A DNA stretch of 64,000 nt, from positions 533,066-597,065 of the forward strand of contig CAWIYV010000011.1 in NCBI GenBank assembly GCA_963840455.1, read 5' to 3'. The DNA comes from Nitrospirota bacterium (lineage in GTDB: Bacteria; Nitrospirota; UBA9217). The translations under genes were made by a program, and so were the position numbers. Below, one piece after another: positions 49,852 through 58,595 of the stretch (position 1 is the first letter of the stretch; each line of letters begins with the position of its first letter). The notes under the pieces were generated by a model. It was given only the letters and a program-made list of their open reading frames with translations. It was not told the DNA's origin and did no database searches.

Positions 49852-50703
49852 TCACCGTCGGTCAGCAACGCCTCGGAAATGTCGGTTCACCACAGTCTCG
49901 ATGTTCCTGCCGATGTTCTCCTTTGCGTTCACTATGAAGATGCGTTCCTGAACGTGAAAGAGCTCACGTTCCAGCCGCAGGACCGGCGGTGGCTCGCTGC
50001 TCCTCTTTGCCAGCTCCTGCTCGAACATCGGCACCAGTTTATCCTTCATCCTAAGCTCCGTGTCCATCAGAAAAATCGATAACTCCGGTGCCAGGTCTTC
50101 CACGCGGTCGAGGAACGCGGCGACCTCGCTTTCCGTGACCTGCTTGGGCGGCGAGGACTTCGCTTCCACGTACAGGAGCGAACCGTCCATCTTTGCCAGC
50201 ACGTCGTAATCTCCCCCCACCTTCGGACGTTTGAACTTGACGCCCCAGAGAACTTCGGCGCCGAACTCCCGATGGAGCAGCTCTGCGATGTACCATTCCA
50301 GCGTCGGCCCGAAGCTCGTGATTCCTGACCGAGAAAGGACATACCCCGCCGCTCCCTCGGTGATCAGCCTGATTTCCCGAAGATAACCAAGGTAGGACCG
50401 GATGACCCGAGCGGTCGAATACCGCGTCACCTGTTCGAGCGTGAACCGGTCCTGGTGCTTGATGACGTCGCGGAGCAGCAACCGAAAGGAATATTTATGC
50501 AGCATGTCGAAGAAGCTGCCGAGGAACGGTTCGTCGGGCACGAGGAGATCGTCGGTCGGTTCCTTTTTAAAAACCCGGAAACCGCGGCGTTTGAGGATCG
50601 TCTCGAGAGAGGGAGTGAGGCGGTTCAGCGCCTGCCGCAGCCGCTTCACTTCTTCGCGAAGGAGCATTAACTCCACTGCATCATGGTCATCAAGTGTTGC
50701 CAT
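49852..50703 (-). CDS. hypothetical protein with a putative PD-(D/E)xK nuclease-like motif
   Basis: 283 aa. C-terminal half contains GGDYDVLAKMDGSLLYVEAKS (D...D...E-x-K arrangement). N-terminal coiled-coil / wHTH-like region. Confidence 0.45.
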   Translation of the reverse strand: MATLDDHDAVELMLLREEVKRLRQALNRLTPSLETILKRRGFRVFKKEPTDDLLVPDEPFLGSFFDMLHKYSFRLLLRDVIKHQDRFTLEQVTRYSTARVIRSYLGYLREIRLITEGAAGYVLSRSGITSFGPTLEWYIAELLHREFGAEVLWGVKFKRPKVGGDYDVLAKMDGSLLYVEAKSSPPKQVTESEVAAFLDRVEDLAPELSIFLMDTELRMKDKLVPMFEQELAKRSSEPPPVLRLERELFHVQERIFIVNAKENIGRNIETVVNRHFRGVADRR

Positions 50704-50745
50704 GGCACGGTTTGAGGCGCGTGATAAAGGGAGTTCCTGCTGTCG

Positions 50746-52212
50746 TTATGAATCCCAATCCAGCAGCCGTTTCTGGCCTTCTAGCTTCCTGATGTCCGTC
50801 ACGTCCTGGCTCACTTCGAGCGTCCCCCGGTACGCCCCCTTCTCGTCGCGCACCGCGAAATACTGGATCAACAGGAACCTGCCCTTCATCTGGATCCAGA
50901 AATCAGCTTTGTCGCGCCTGCCTGCCCGGAACTCATCCAGGATCTTCTGCACCATGCCAAAGCTCTTGGGCGGGTGGCAGTTCTGGACCTTCCGGCCGAT
51001 GACGCCGGGGCTGCGCGGGAAGATGCGGTCCTTCGTCGCGGAGTAGTACCGAACCTCGTCCTTCTCGTCAACGAAGGAAATATCCACCGGCATATGCTTC
51101 AGAAGCATATTGACCTGCTCCGCGGTCATTACCCCGGTGTCGAGCATGACCTCACTTTCCTGGCCGGCGGGCCGTTCCTTCGCCTCTTCGGCGCTCATAG
51201 TCCAGTCCGCCTCCGGCCTGATCCATGCATAGCCGATCTCCTCCTCGCCCTGCCGCACCTTGCCCCACTCCTTGTCGGTCAGGAGGTCCTTCGCCATGGG
51301 GAAGAGGATGTGCTCTTCCTTATAGATCATGTCGCGCATGCTCTTCGACAGGTATTGCAGCGTGCTCATCACATCGGGAACGAGCGCGTCCCTGACGCCG
51401 GCCTTAGCGCTCTTCACGGCCACGCGGATGTCGTCGTGGAGCGCCCACATGACCTGCGAAGGCCCGGTGATGCCATGGACCTCGAGCACCGGGAACAGCT
51501 GGTTCTCCTTCCGGAGGTAATGAAGGTCGATGGTGCTGAGCTGTTCGACGAGCTTTGCCAGCACCTCCCGCTCCTTTTCAAAGGCAGCCTTTTCCGGAGC
51601 TTCGCCGAGCCTCGCCAGGACGTGGTCCAGCCCGTGCAAGATGCCCTCAGCGGCCCGGTTCTCGAGCATATAGGTATGGAGCGGATGGCCCGGCGGGACC
51701 ACCGGTGCGTCCTGCGCTGAAAGCGACTCCTTGAACACCTCCACGTGCACATCGCAGAGCCGTTTCACCTCGCTCTCGGGCATTCCCTCTGCCATGAGCC
51801 GCTGCTCCATCTTCGCGATCTCGGACGGATCGATGTCCTTGATGAGCTCGTGGAACCGGTGCTTGAGAACGGACATCTCAACGTCTTTGTGCAGGTCCCG
51901 GATGATGTCCTTCAGCAGCTCCTGGCGGGCATCGGCGTCCATGAGCGGGGCGCTCCCGGCCGTCGCGGACCCGATCGCCACGTCCGTGCCGGTCCGCTTC
52001 CTGATCTCCGCCGCGATATCCGCCAGCAGCGCGGTCAGTTCGATGTTGCCGATGGATGCTGCCTGCGCAACCGTCGCCACCTTTCCCACGGTCTTCCGCA
52101 TGACCGCGTTTTCCAGCAGCTTGAACTTGGGCGAGCGGGCGATCAGGAATTCCATCAGGAAGGGGTATTCCTTCAGCAGGTCGTCGATCTTCGTGTTGGC
52201 ATTCAGCTCCAT
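50746..52212 (-). CDS. DUF1858/DUF438-hemerythrin-PAS sensory protein
   Basis: N-terminal DUF1858-like segment (IDDLLKEYPFLMEFL). Central hemerythrin-like His/Glu-rich helices. C-terminal PAS-like region. This architecture is common in anaerobes. Confidence 0.6.
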   Translation of the reverse strand: MELNANTKIDDLLKEYPFLMEFLIARSPKFKLLENAVMRKTVGKVATVAQAASIGNIELTALLADIAAEIRKRTGTDVAIGSATAGSAPLMDADARQELLKDIIRDLHKDVEMSVLKHRFHELIKDIDPSEIAKMEQRLMAEGMPESEVKRLCDVHVEVFKESLSAQDAPVVPPGHPLHTYMLENRAAEGILHGLDHVLARLGEAPEKAAFEKEREVLAKLVEQLSTIDLHYLRKENQLFPVLEVHGITGPSQVMWALHDDIRVAVKSAKAGVRDALVPDVMSTLQYLSKSMRDMIYKEEHILFPMAKDLLTDKEWGKVRQGEEEIGYAWIRPEADWTMSAEEAKERPAGQESEVMLDTGVMTAEQVNMLLKHMPVDISFVDEKDEVRYYSATKDRIFPRSPGVIGRKVQNCHPPKSFGMVQKILDEFRAGRRDKADFWIQMKGRFLLIQYFAVRDEKGAYRGTLEVSQDVTDIRKLEGQKRLLDWDS

Positions 52213-52273
52213 GGTGCCTCCTCATTGTTTTCTTCAATGGTAGCATAAAAAAACCGTCGGGTCATCCAGGGCT

Positions 52274-52932
52274 TCATGATATGCCAGGGCAGTTCGCAGA
52301 GCTATGATGCAGATCAGGAGGAACGAGAAAACGGCAGGCGGCTACTTCCCGCTCCTGCCTTCGATGAGGAGATAGGTGTCCTGCTTGACAAAGCGTGTTC
52401 CGGTCGAACCGCGCGCCGTTGACCTTCTCCACGAGGGGCGCGAAGAAGTCCTGCCGTTTGCGGTGCGACCGGTCCTTCGAATAGACCATCTCGAGGAGGC
52501 AGAACCGGCCGCCGGGCTTCATCACCCGGCTGATCTGGCTGAGCGCCTGGTCCTGGAACTCGAAGGGCAGCGCGCAGCAGAGGAAGCAGGCCACGACCCA
52601 ATCGAACTGGTCCGGAGGGATCGAGGATATGGTGCAGACATCGTCCTGAACGAACAGGACCGGACAGGACGCTCCGTCCGCTCACGCCGGGCATGCTGGA
52701 GCATGGCAGGGCTGAAGTTGAGGGCGGTCAGGTGTGTCACTCCCGGAGGGTAGTAGCGCAAATTCCGTCCGGTGCCCGCCCCCACCTCGAGTACGTTTAC
52801 CGATACGCCGGACAGGAGCTGGGGCCGCCATTTGCGGTACTGCATCTCCCAAGGAAGATCAAGGATGTCGTAGAACCAGGCGGTAATATTGTACCGCTTC
52901 AGGTTCTCGAGGTTCGTTGGATGGAGGTCCAT
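52274..52932 (-). pseudogene. class I SAM-dependent methyltransferase, frameshifted
   Basis: N-terminal ORF (52522..52932) has SAM-binding motif VLEVGAGTGRNL and ...SPAML..AR. The C-terminal ORF (52274..52594, other frame) continues as FVQDDVCTISSIPPDQFDWVVACF...MKPGGRFCLLE. The shift lies near 52650-52700. Confidence 0.6.
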
Positions 52933-52979
52933 TTCAGTAACGACTCAGTAACGCCGTTCTTGCGGAATAGGAAGCCCTA

Positions 52980-53483
52980 TCATGTGCAGCTGCCGGGGTC
53001 CTTGTGGCAGGCATCTTTCTTGTTCCGTTCTCCGAGCCGTGTCTCCCGCCGGGTCTTTCCCTCCCGATGGCGACGCCGCTCTTCGTCGCTCTCGAGGATC
53101 AGCGGCGGGACCTCGACGGGGTGTCCCTTCTTATCGATGGCCACGTAGGTCAAATAGGCAGATGCTGCATGGCTCACCGCGCCGGTCATGAGGTTCTCGG
53201 CCTCAACGCGCACGCCGATCTCCATGGATGTCTTGCCCACATAGTTGAGGCAGGCCTTGAAAAAGAGCAGGTCGCCGACGAAGATAGGAAGGTGGAAATC
53301 CATCCGGTCGATGGAAGCGGTGACCACGTTGCAGCGCGAGTGCCGCGCAGCGACCACGCCGGCGGCCTCGTCGATGATCTTGACCACGACGCCGCCGTGC
53401 ACGTTGCCCGCAGGATTGGCGTCCTGAGGGATCATCATCTGGGCGGTGATAACGCTGCTGTCCTTGACTCGTTTGCCTTCCAT
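52980..53483 (-). CDS. hotdog-fold acyl-CoA thioesterase (YciA-like)
   Basis: NPAGNVHGG.VVKIIDEAAGVVAARH motif. GGAGG RBS before MEGKRV. Confidence 0.8.
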   Translation of the reverse strand: MEGKRVKDSSVITAQMMIPQDANPAGNVHGGVVVKIIDEAAGVVAARHSRCNVVTASIDRMDFHLPIFVGDLLFFKACLNYVGKTSMEIGVRVEAENLMTGAVSHAASAYLTYVAIDKKGHPVEVPPLILESDEERRRHREGKTRRETRLGERNKKDACHKDPGSCT

Positions 53484-53912
53484 AAAGAATACCTCCGGTA
53501 CGTTATCTGACGTATAGTACCACAAACACGGCCAAAAAGAACGATTTGAGAAAACAGTAAGGAAGAACAGCCGATAGGGCGGAAGGATCGCCGGCGTGGC
53601 ATCGAGGATATCTCTGCAGCAGCCGGTCTCCTTTTGCGACGACAGAAGAGGGCGTTCCGTCGGAATTGCCGCTGGCGCGGGAGAAGAGTTAAAACAGTAG
53701 CAACATCAAAGGACATGCATAGGTAATCTGCATGATGATATTTTACGTCGTATAGGAAAAGAGGAAATTCGTAACTGTGTGATGACATCATGATTGATGT
53801 GCACTAGTCACGAATTGTGTTTACAGCTGAAGACTCCTAAGAGTTGAGGTGTCATGGCCTTCCGGTTAAGATAGTTTTGCGAAAACACATCTTAACCTTA
53901 GGAGGAAGGACC

Positions 53913-54005
53913 ATGACTCAACAGCAGTATATCATAGGACGAAAGCTCAACATTCTGGAATTAGGCACCACCTCGGCAATATTCGTGAAGCCTGTTAACG
54001 ATTAG
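53913..54005 (+). CDS. candidate 30-aa small ORF (MTQQQYIIGRKLNILELGTTSAIFVKPVND)
   Basis: Perfect AGGAGG RBS 7 nt upstream. Immediately preceded by a 34-bp hairpin/palindrome (53864-53897) in a 560-bp AT-rich intergenic island. Confidence 0.25.
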   Translation: MTQQQYIIGRKLNILELGTTSAIFVKPVND

Positions 54006-54084
54006 GTGTCAGCCGACAACACTATTACGACATCATGCAGATTCCCCTGTCCATTCAACAGCGTTAGTTTGCACCTTGCGGTGG

Positions 54085-54981
54085 CTAATAGCTGAATCTG
54101 ACACCTACGCTGAAGATATTATCGTTACTGCTCGTGCCCGGGACGTTCGAATCACTCATCTGATGATCATATTGAGCATCTATAAACCATCGTTTGGCAA
54201 ACTCCTGCGCAACACCCGCGGAAATGGTATTCGACGTAACCTGGAAACCTGCAGGCTCATCATAATCGCGCACGAGGTGGTTGTACCCGAGAAGAAGCGT
54301 TGTTTTTGGCAGAACTAGGTAACCTCCCCAGATCCCGATGAAGTTTCCCGTGTAGGTGAAGAACGCCGAATCTGCATTGTTCTTTTCATAGTAATAGCTT
54401 TCCTTCAGCCAGAGTAACGGCGTGAACTGCTCCTTGAAGGTCACTATCGGGCCGAACGCTGAGCTGTCTCGCAGTGAATCCGTGTATCGTTTGATGGCGC
54501 CATTGATCGCGAGTCTGACCGTGACGATATCGCCCAGATTCTTATCAATACCGGCGGTCAAGCCTCCGATGGTGTTATCGAATTCGTTAAAGCTGTTGTA
54601 AGAAGTGTGCTGTGCGCTGCCAATCAGGAACAGGTATGTCCCGGAGGCTATGTCGGTCGAACCGCCGATGTCCGCGAAATAATTGATCGAGAAATCGCTC
54701 TTCGATTGCACTCCCGTATCTTGCGGGATACTGCCTCCCATGCCGCCCATACCCCCCGGGCCCATTACAGCGCCCATCATCCCGGGACCGGTTGCAGGCA
54801 TTCCCGCCGTGCCGCCGCGCTTGTCTGATAAGAGACCTACAACATTGTCTTCATAGGTACCTCTAATTGCCACGTCATAGAATATTCCGGCCTGCGCGAC
54901 TGAAGCAATAGTGAGATACAGGAACAGAACAATGCAGCCGGTGATCGCCGCATTTACCGCCCGATGAGATCGCATGTGCAT
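54085..54981 (-). CDS. putative outer-membrane beta-barrel protein
   Basis: Signal peptide. Gly-rich loop. Alternating amphipathic strands. C-terminal ...VGVRFSY aromatic terminus. AGGAGAGG RBS. Confidence 0.5.
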   Translation of the reverse strand: MHMRSHRAVNAAITGCIVLFLYLTIASVAQAGIFYDVAIRGTYEDNVVGLLSDKRGGTAGMPATGPGMMGAVMGPGGMGGMGGSIPQDTGVQSKSDFSINYFADIGGSTDIASGTYLFLIGSAQHTSYNSFNEFDNTIGGLTAGIDKNLGDIVTVRLAINGAIKRYTDSLRDSSAFGPIVTFKEQFTPLLWLKESYYYEKNNADSAFFTYTGNFIGIWGGYLVLPKTTLLLGYNHLVRDYDEPAGFQVTSNTISAGVAQEFAKRWFIDAQYDHQMSDSNVPGTSSNDNIFSVGVRFSY

Positions 54982-55152
54982 TTCCTCTCCTACGCTCACG
55001 CCAGTATACTTTTGTTGTGTATATCAGAAATAATAAAAATCGACTTGTTATAAGTATAACAGGGCAAAATATTAAAAAAGGCAGCCGCATGGTGCGACTG
55101 CCATATGAGGTTGGTTTGCTTATGGTCATGTAAACAGCGGATCTTCGTTACG

Positions 55153-55845
55153 TTACCGTTTTGGCCCGCCCATGCCAGGCCCCATGCCGGAACCATGATC
55201 CATTCCCATACCGCCGTGGTCCATTCCCGGCCCGGTGCCCATGTGATCACGGTCGTGCGACATATCCCGGTCATGCTGCCTGGTCCTGTCTCTGTCCATG
55301 GCCCGCGTCGCGTTGTCCGCGGCCTTGTCGGGAGGAGTTCCGGACTTTAAGTCCCCGGCATAAGCAGTCGTGGCGGCCGTTATACTGGCGGCTCCGGCCC
55401 CTTGATTGATCCCATTGGACATTACCTGCGAGGTCCTGTCGGCCGGGGCGCCTGCTGCCACAGTCTTGCCGAAAGTGTTCGTCATCTGCACCGTTTCCCG
55501 CGCAGTGTACCTATGCTGTATCGCCTCCCCTGCCACCGAGGCTGCATCTTTCCTCGCAGCGGGTCCCGCTGCCTCTATGGACCTCGCGACCTCGGCCAGG
55601 TCCTTGCCTTTCATGCCCTGGTTGATGGATGCTTCGACCACGCGGTAGGCATGATCAACAGGCACACCCTTGTCCACCAGGCTCTGCAGCGTCTTCACTG
55701 CCTGGGAGTGGTCCTGGGCATTCAACTTCTTTTCCGTAGCCTGCCTGTCAATGTTGGTCTTTGCTTCATCCACGGTAAGAGCGAATGCCGTCATACCGAA
55801 CAGCAGAATGCTCCCTGTCACAATTATCGTCAGTAGCTTTTTCAT
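55153..55845 (-). CDS. secreted protein with helical repeats and a Met/Gly/His-rich C-terminal tail
   Basis: Signal peptide MKKLLTIIVTGSILLFGMTAFA. C-terminus HDRDHMGTGPGMDHGGMGMDHGSGMGPGMGGPKR. GGAGG RBS. Confidence 0.6.
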   Translation of the reverse strand: MKKLLTIIVTGSILLFGMTAFALTVDEAKTNIDRQATEKKLNAQDHSQAVKTLQSLVDKGVPVDHAYRVVEASINQGMKGKDLAEVARSIEAAGPAARKDAASVAGEAIQHRYTARETVQMTNTFGKTVAAGAPADRTSQVMSNGINQGAGAASITAATTAYAGDLKSGTPPDKAADNATRAMDRDRTRQHDRDMSHDRDHMGTGPGMDHGGMGMDHGSGMGPGMGGPKR

Positions 55846-55892
55846 GTTGGCACCTCCTCGATTATCTAGCTTGATTTAAGGACTGCTCCTGC

Positions 55893-56810
55893 TTACTTCC
55901 GCCCGCCCATGCCTGACATGCCTCCCATGCCGCCGGAGGCAGGCTCGTGCATCGTCCCTCCTCCGGACCTGTCCTGCATCTGCATGTCACGCATCCCTTC
56001 GCCCCGCTCCATGCGGGAGTTCATGCCGGAAACAACATCGTTCATGGGGCGATCCTTCCTGAGCTCGTTGACCATGTAGCGCTCCATGGCCTCCAGGTCT
56101 CCTTCGGAATAGCCCTTGTCCACTGCCGTATGGACCATTTTCGCGGCCTGTCCGGCAGTCATGCCGCTCCCAGCAAAGGTGGTCATCGTATCCACCGCCC
56201 GGCTGAACAACCCGAGCGATCCTTTGCGATCCCTTACTTTCTCTCCGGTCTTCATGATAGCATCCTGCGGGATCGACTTTTCCATCGCTCTCGCCGCGGT
56301 CTCGATCGCATCATCGTACGCTTTTGCATGGGGTGCCTTTACGCCCCCGCTCTCCACCCTGTTCACGAGCGGTTTGGCAGCGGCAAGGTACCCGGAAAGC
56401 CGTTGCGTAACGCCTGATATCTTCTCCGCAGGTACGCCCTTGGCAAGCCCCTGCTCGGTCCGGTCAAGGATGAGCCTGACCGGCAAGCCCTGTCCTTTTG
56501 CCCTCGTTGCAGTTTCGAGGAAACCCTCAACATGGCGGCTCTCTACGCCCTGATCCAAGCCGCGGGTGATAATGATGGAGACATCCTCGGCCGGAATGCC
56601 CGCAGCCACCGCCTGACCGGCCTTGGTCAGTATGCCGGCCTTGGCTTCCTTCGAGAGCGAGGACCTTTCTACAGCGATCCTTGCCTGTTCAAGATGCTTC
56701 GATCCCGCCTCTTCCGCCCTGGCGGGCGGCGCCGCCGTCAGGAGCGCTGCTGCGGCCAGCAGCAGGACAATCAGAATGTTAAAAATGCCCTCTGTCATGT
56801 TCCTTTTCAT
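55893..56810 (-). CDS. paralogous secreted protein with a Met/Gly-rich C-terminal tail
   Basis: Signal peptide. Repeated ~35-aa G.P.E....G motifs similar to 55153..55845. C-terminus MQMQDRSGGGTMHEPASGGMGGMSGMGGRK. Confidence 0.6.
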   Translation of the reverse strand: MKRNMTEGIFNILIVLLLAAAALLTAAPPARAEEAGSKHLEQARIAVERSSLSKEAKAGILTKAGQAVAAGIPAEDVSIIITRGLDQGVESRHVEGFLETATRAKGQGLPVRLILDRTEQGLAKGVPAEKISGVTQRLSGYLAAAKPLVNRVESGGVKAPHAKAYDDAIETAARAMEKSIPQDAIMKTGEKVRDRKGSLGLFSRAVDTMTTFAGSGMTAGQAAKMVHTAVDKGYSEGDLEAMERYMVNELRKDRPMNDVVSGMNSRMERGEGMRDMQMQDRSGGGTMHEPASGGMGGMSGMGGRK

Positions 56811-57466
56811 GTCTTGACCCTCATCACAGCATTTTTGTTTCCGAAGCCGTCATCGCGGTAGGTCTCCGCGTTCGGGTCGGTCACCCATGCCTTTCCATCC
56901 ACAATGAACATGTAACTGTACTCCCCGGGCTTCAGAGGTATGCTGACCGTCCAAACCCCGTTTTCCTGCTTCGTGAGCATATGTGCATCAGCCTTCCACT
57001 TATTGAACGTGCCCGCAACCGCCACTCGATGAGCTTCCGGCGCGTGCAGGTTCATGGTCACCGTCACGACTTGTTCCTGCCGGGGAACGGCTGCGGTCTC
57101 AACAGGCGCGTTCCGGGTGCGAACGACCTGGGTGAAGACCAGGGCGAAGAGCACCGCAGCCGCAAATGCCGTGGCCATGTTCCACCTGAGCACCCGTCCC
57201 TTGAGCAGGAAATCCCGTATCCGGTTCGTGATCGTCGCTTTTCGTGCGGGCAGCCGCCGCATGACCTCTGCGGTAAAGAAGGGAGGGGCCTGCATCCTCT
57301 CGCTCGTCTCGATCGTACGGAGCGCTCCCGTAATACCGTCGAGCTCTTCCTTAAACGCAGGATCCGACTGAACTCGGTCCAAAAGCACCTTCTTTTCGTC
57401 AGGGCCGAGGTCCCCGTCCAGCATCCGGTGAATAAGTTCCCTATCGATTTCTTGTCTATCCGTCAT
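56807..57466 (-). CDS. anti-sigma factor (single TM) with a periplasmic AMPK-beta/CBM48-like glycogen-binding-type domain
   Basis: N-terminal anti-sigma helix region and one TM segment. C-terminal VAVAGTFNKW...GVWTVSIPLKPGEYSYMFIVDGKAWVTDP...DDGFGNKNAV. Overlaps the ECF sigma gene stop (translational coupling). Confidence 0.7.
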   Translation of the reverse strand: MTDRQEIDRELIHRMLDGDLGPDEKKVLLDRVQSDPAFKEELDGITGALRTIETSERMQAPPFFTAEVMRRLPARKATITNRIRDFLLKGRVLRWNMATAFAAAVLFALVFTQVVRTRNAPVETAAVPRQEQVVTVTMNLHAPEAHRVAVAGTFNKWKADAHMLTKQENGVWTVSIPLKPGEYSYMFIVDGKAWVTDPNAETYRDDGFGNKNAVMRVKT

Positions 57467-58023
57467 AAGCCAACCCCCATGCCTTCCAGGAGCTTTCTGA
57501 GCATCTCTCTTCCCCTGTGTGCACGTACTTTGAGAGCGCTGACCGAGACACCCAATGCGTCGGAGATCTCCTGATAATCAAGCCCCTCAATATGCTTCAG
57601 GACGATCACCTCGCGGTAGTCAGGGGGCAGCCCGTTCAGTGCGTGCTGGACCGCGTCCCCGGTCTGGCGGCAGGAAGCAATCTTCTCCGGCGAGGGGTCC
57701 GGCCCTGCGGTATAGTCGCAGATCTCATCTACCGGCACGGTCTCCTTGCCTGCTCTGAAATGATCGCGGCACTTGTTCACCACGATCCGGTACAGCCAGG
57801 AGGAAAACCGGGAATTGAACTTAAAATCCCCGAGTGCATTATAGGCTGAAATAAAGCCTTCCTGCGCCATATCCTTGGCCGCATCAGAATCACCGAGCAT
57901 CCGAAAGGCGATATTGTATGCCATGTCCTTGTACCTGTCCACCAGCACTGCATATTGGTCGGAGTCGCCGGCGAGGCACTTTCTGATAACGGCATATTCT
58001 TCTTCAACGCTATCTGCGCTCAT
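57463..58023 (-). CDS. ECF-family RNA polymerase sigma factor
   Basis: Region 2 (YKDMAYNIAFRMLGD...DMAQEGFISAY...FSSWLYRIVVN) and region 4 (LPPDYREVIVLKHIEGLDYQEISDALGVS). Confidence 0.9.
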   Translation of the reverse strand: MSADSVEEEYAVIRKCLAGDSDQYAVLVDRYKDMAYNIAFRMLGDSDAAKDMAQEGFISAYNALGDFKFNSRFSSWLYRIVVNKCRDHFRAGKETVPVDEICDYTAGPDPSPEKIASCRQTGDAVQHALNGLPPDYREVIVLKHIEGLDYQEISDALGVSVSALKVRAHRGREMLRKLLEGMGVGL

Positions 58024-58058
58024 GTTGTACCTATTAGACGATGATTGACTCGAAAAGG

Positions 58059-58446
58059 TTACAGCCCGGGATTCTCTTCCGGTACAATAAGAACGGAATT
58101 CTTCCCGCCGAACCCGTCGTCAATTTCCGGGACAGAAGGGTCTGGCTGCCACTTTTTCCCGTCTACGATGAACAGATATTCGTACCGCCCTTCAGGGAGG
58201 GGGATGATAATGTTCCAGACACCCTTATTATCGGCTCCGGACAACCTGTTCTTATGAGTGTCCCAGGCATTGAAAGCTGCCGGCAATCGCGACACTGCTT
58301 GCCTCTGGCGCATAAAAGGTGAAAGAGACGCCCTCTTTCGTCAGCTCCGGGCCCAGGTGCTTCGGTCCGCAGGCTGATATGAGCGAGCAAAAGAACAGGA
58401 TCGATATCATGGACAGGCGCGGTTTCATGGTTATTGTAGATTTCAC
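58059..58446 (-). pseudogene. lipoprotein consisting of a CBM48-like domain, interrupted by a 1-bp frameshift
   Basis: ORF 58252..58446 (lipobox LISAC, ...VSFTFYAPEASSVAIAGSF) and ORF 58059..58313 (NAWDTHKNRL...GVWNIIIPLPEGRYEYLFIVDGKKWQPDP) join as ...AIAGSFNAWDTH... if one T is removed from a TTT run near 58265. Confidence 0.55.
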
Positions 58447-58530
58447 TATATGTTTATGATACCGCTCGTTTCACAAGGTTTGCAAGGTAAACATTGATTT
58501 ACATGGCCTGGACAGGGAAAACAGGACGGC

Positions 58531-58564
58531 AAAAAAGCGGCAGCCGGACCTTTATCCGGCTGCC
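58531..58564 (-). terminator. intrinsic terminator after the Met-rich lipoprotein gene
   Basis: Plus strand AAAAAA-GCGGCAGCCGGA-ccttta-TCCGGCTGCC. 9-10 bp GC stem then U6 on the minus-sense RNA, 32 nt after the stop. Confidence 0.6.
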
Positions 58565-58595
58565 CTAAGTTTACAGCAGTTTAAGTAAGGATGCT

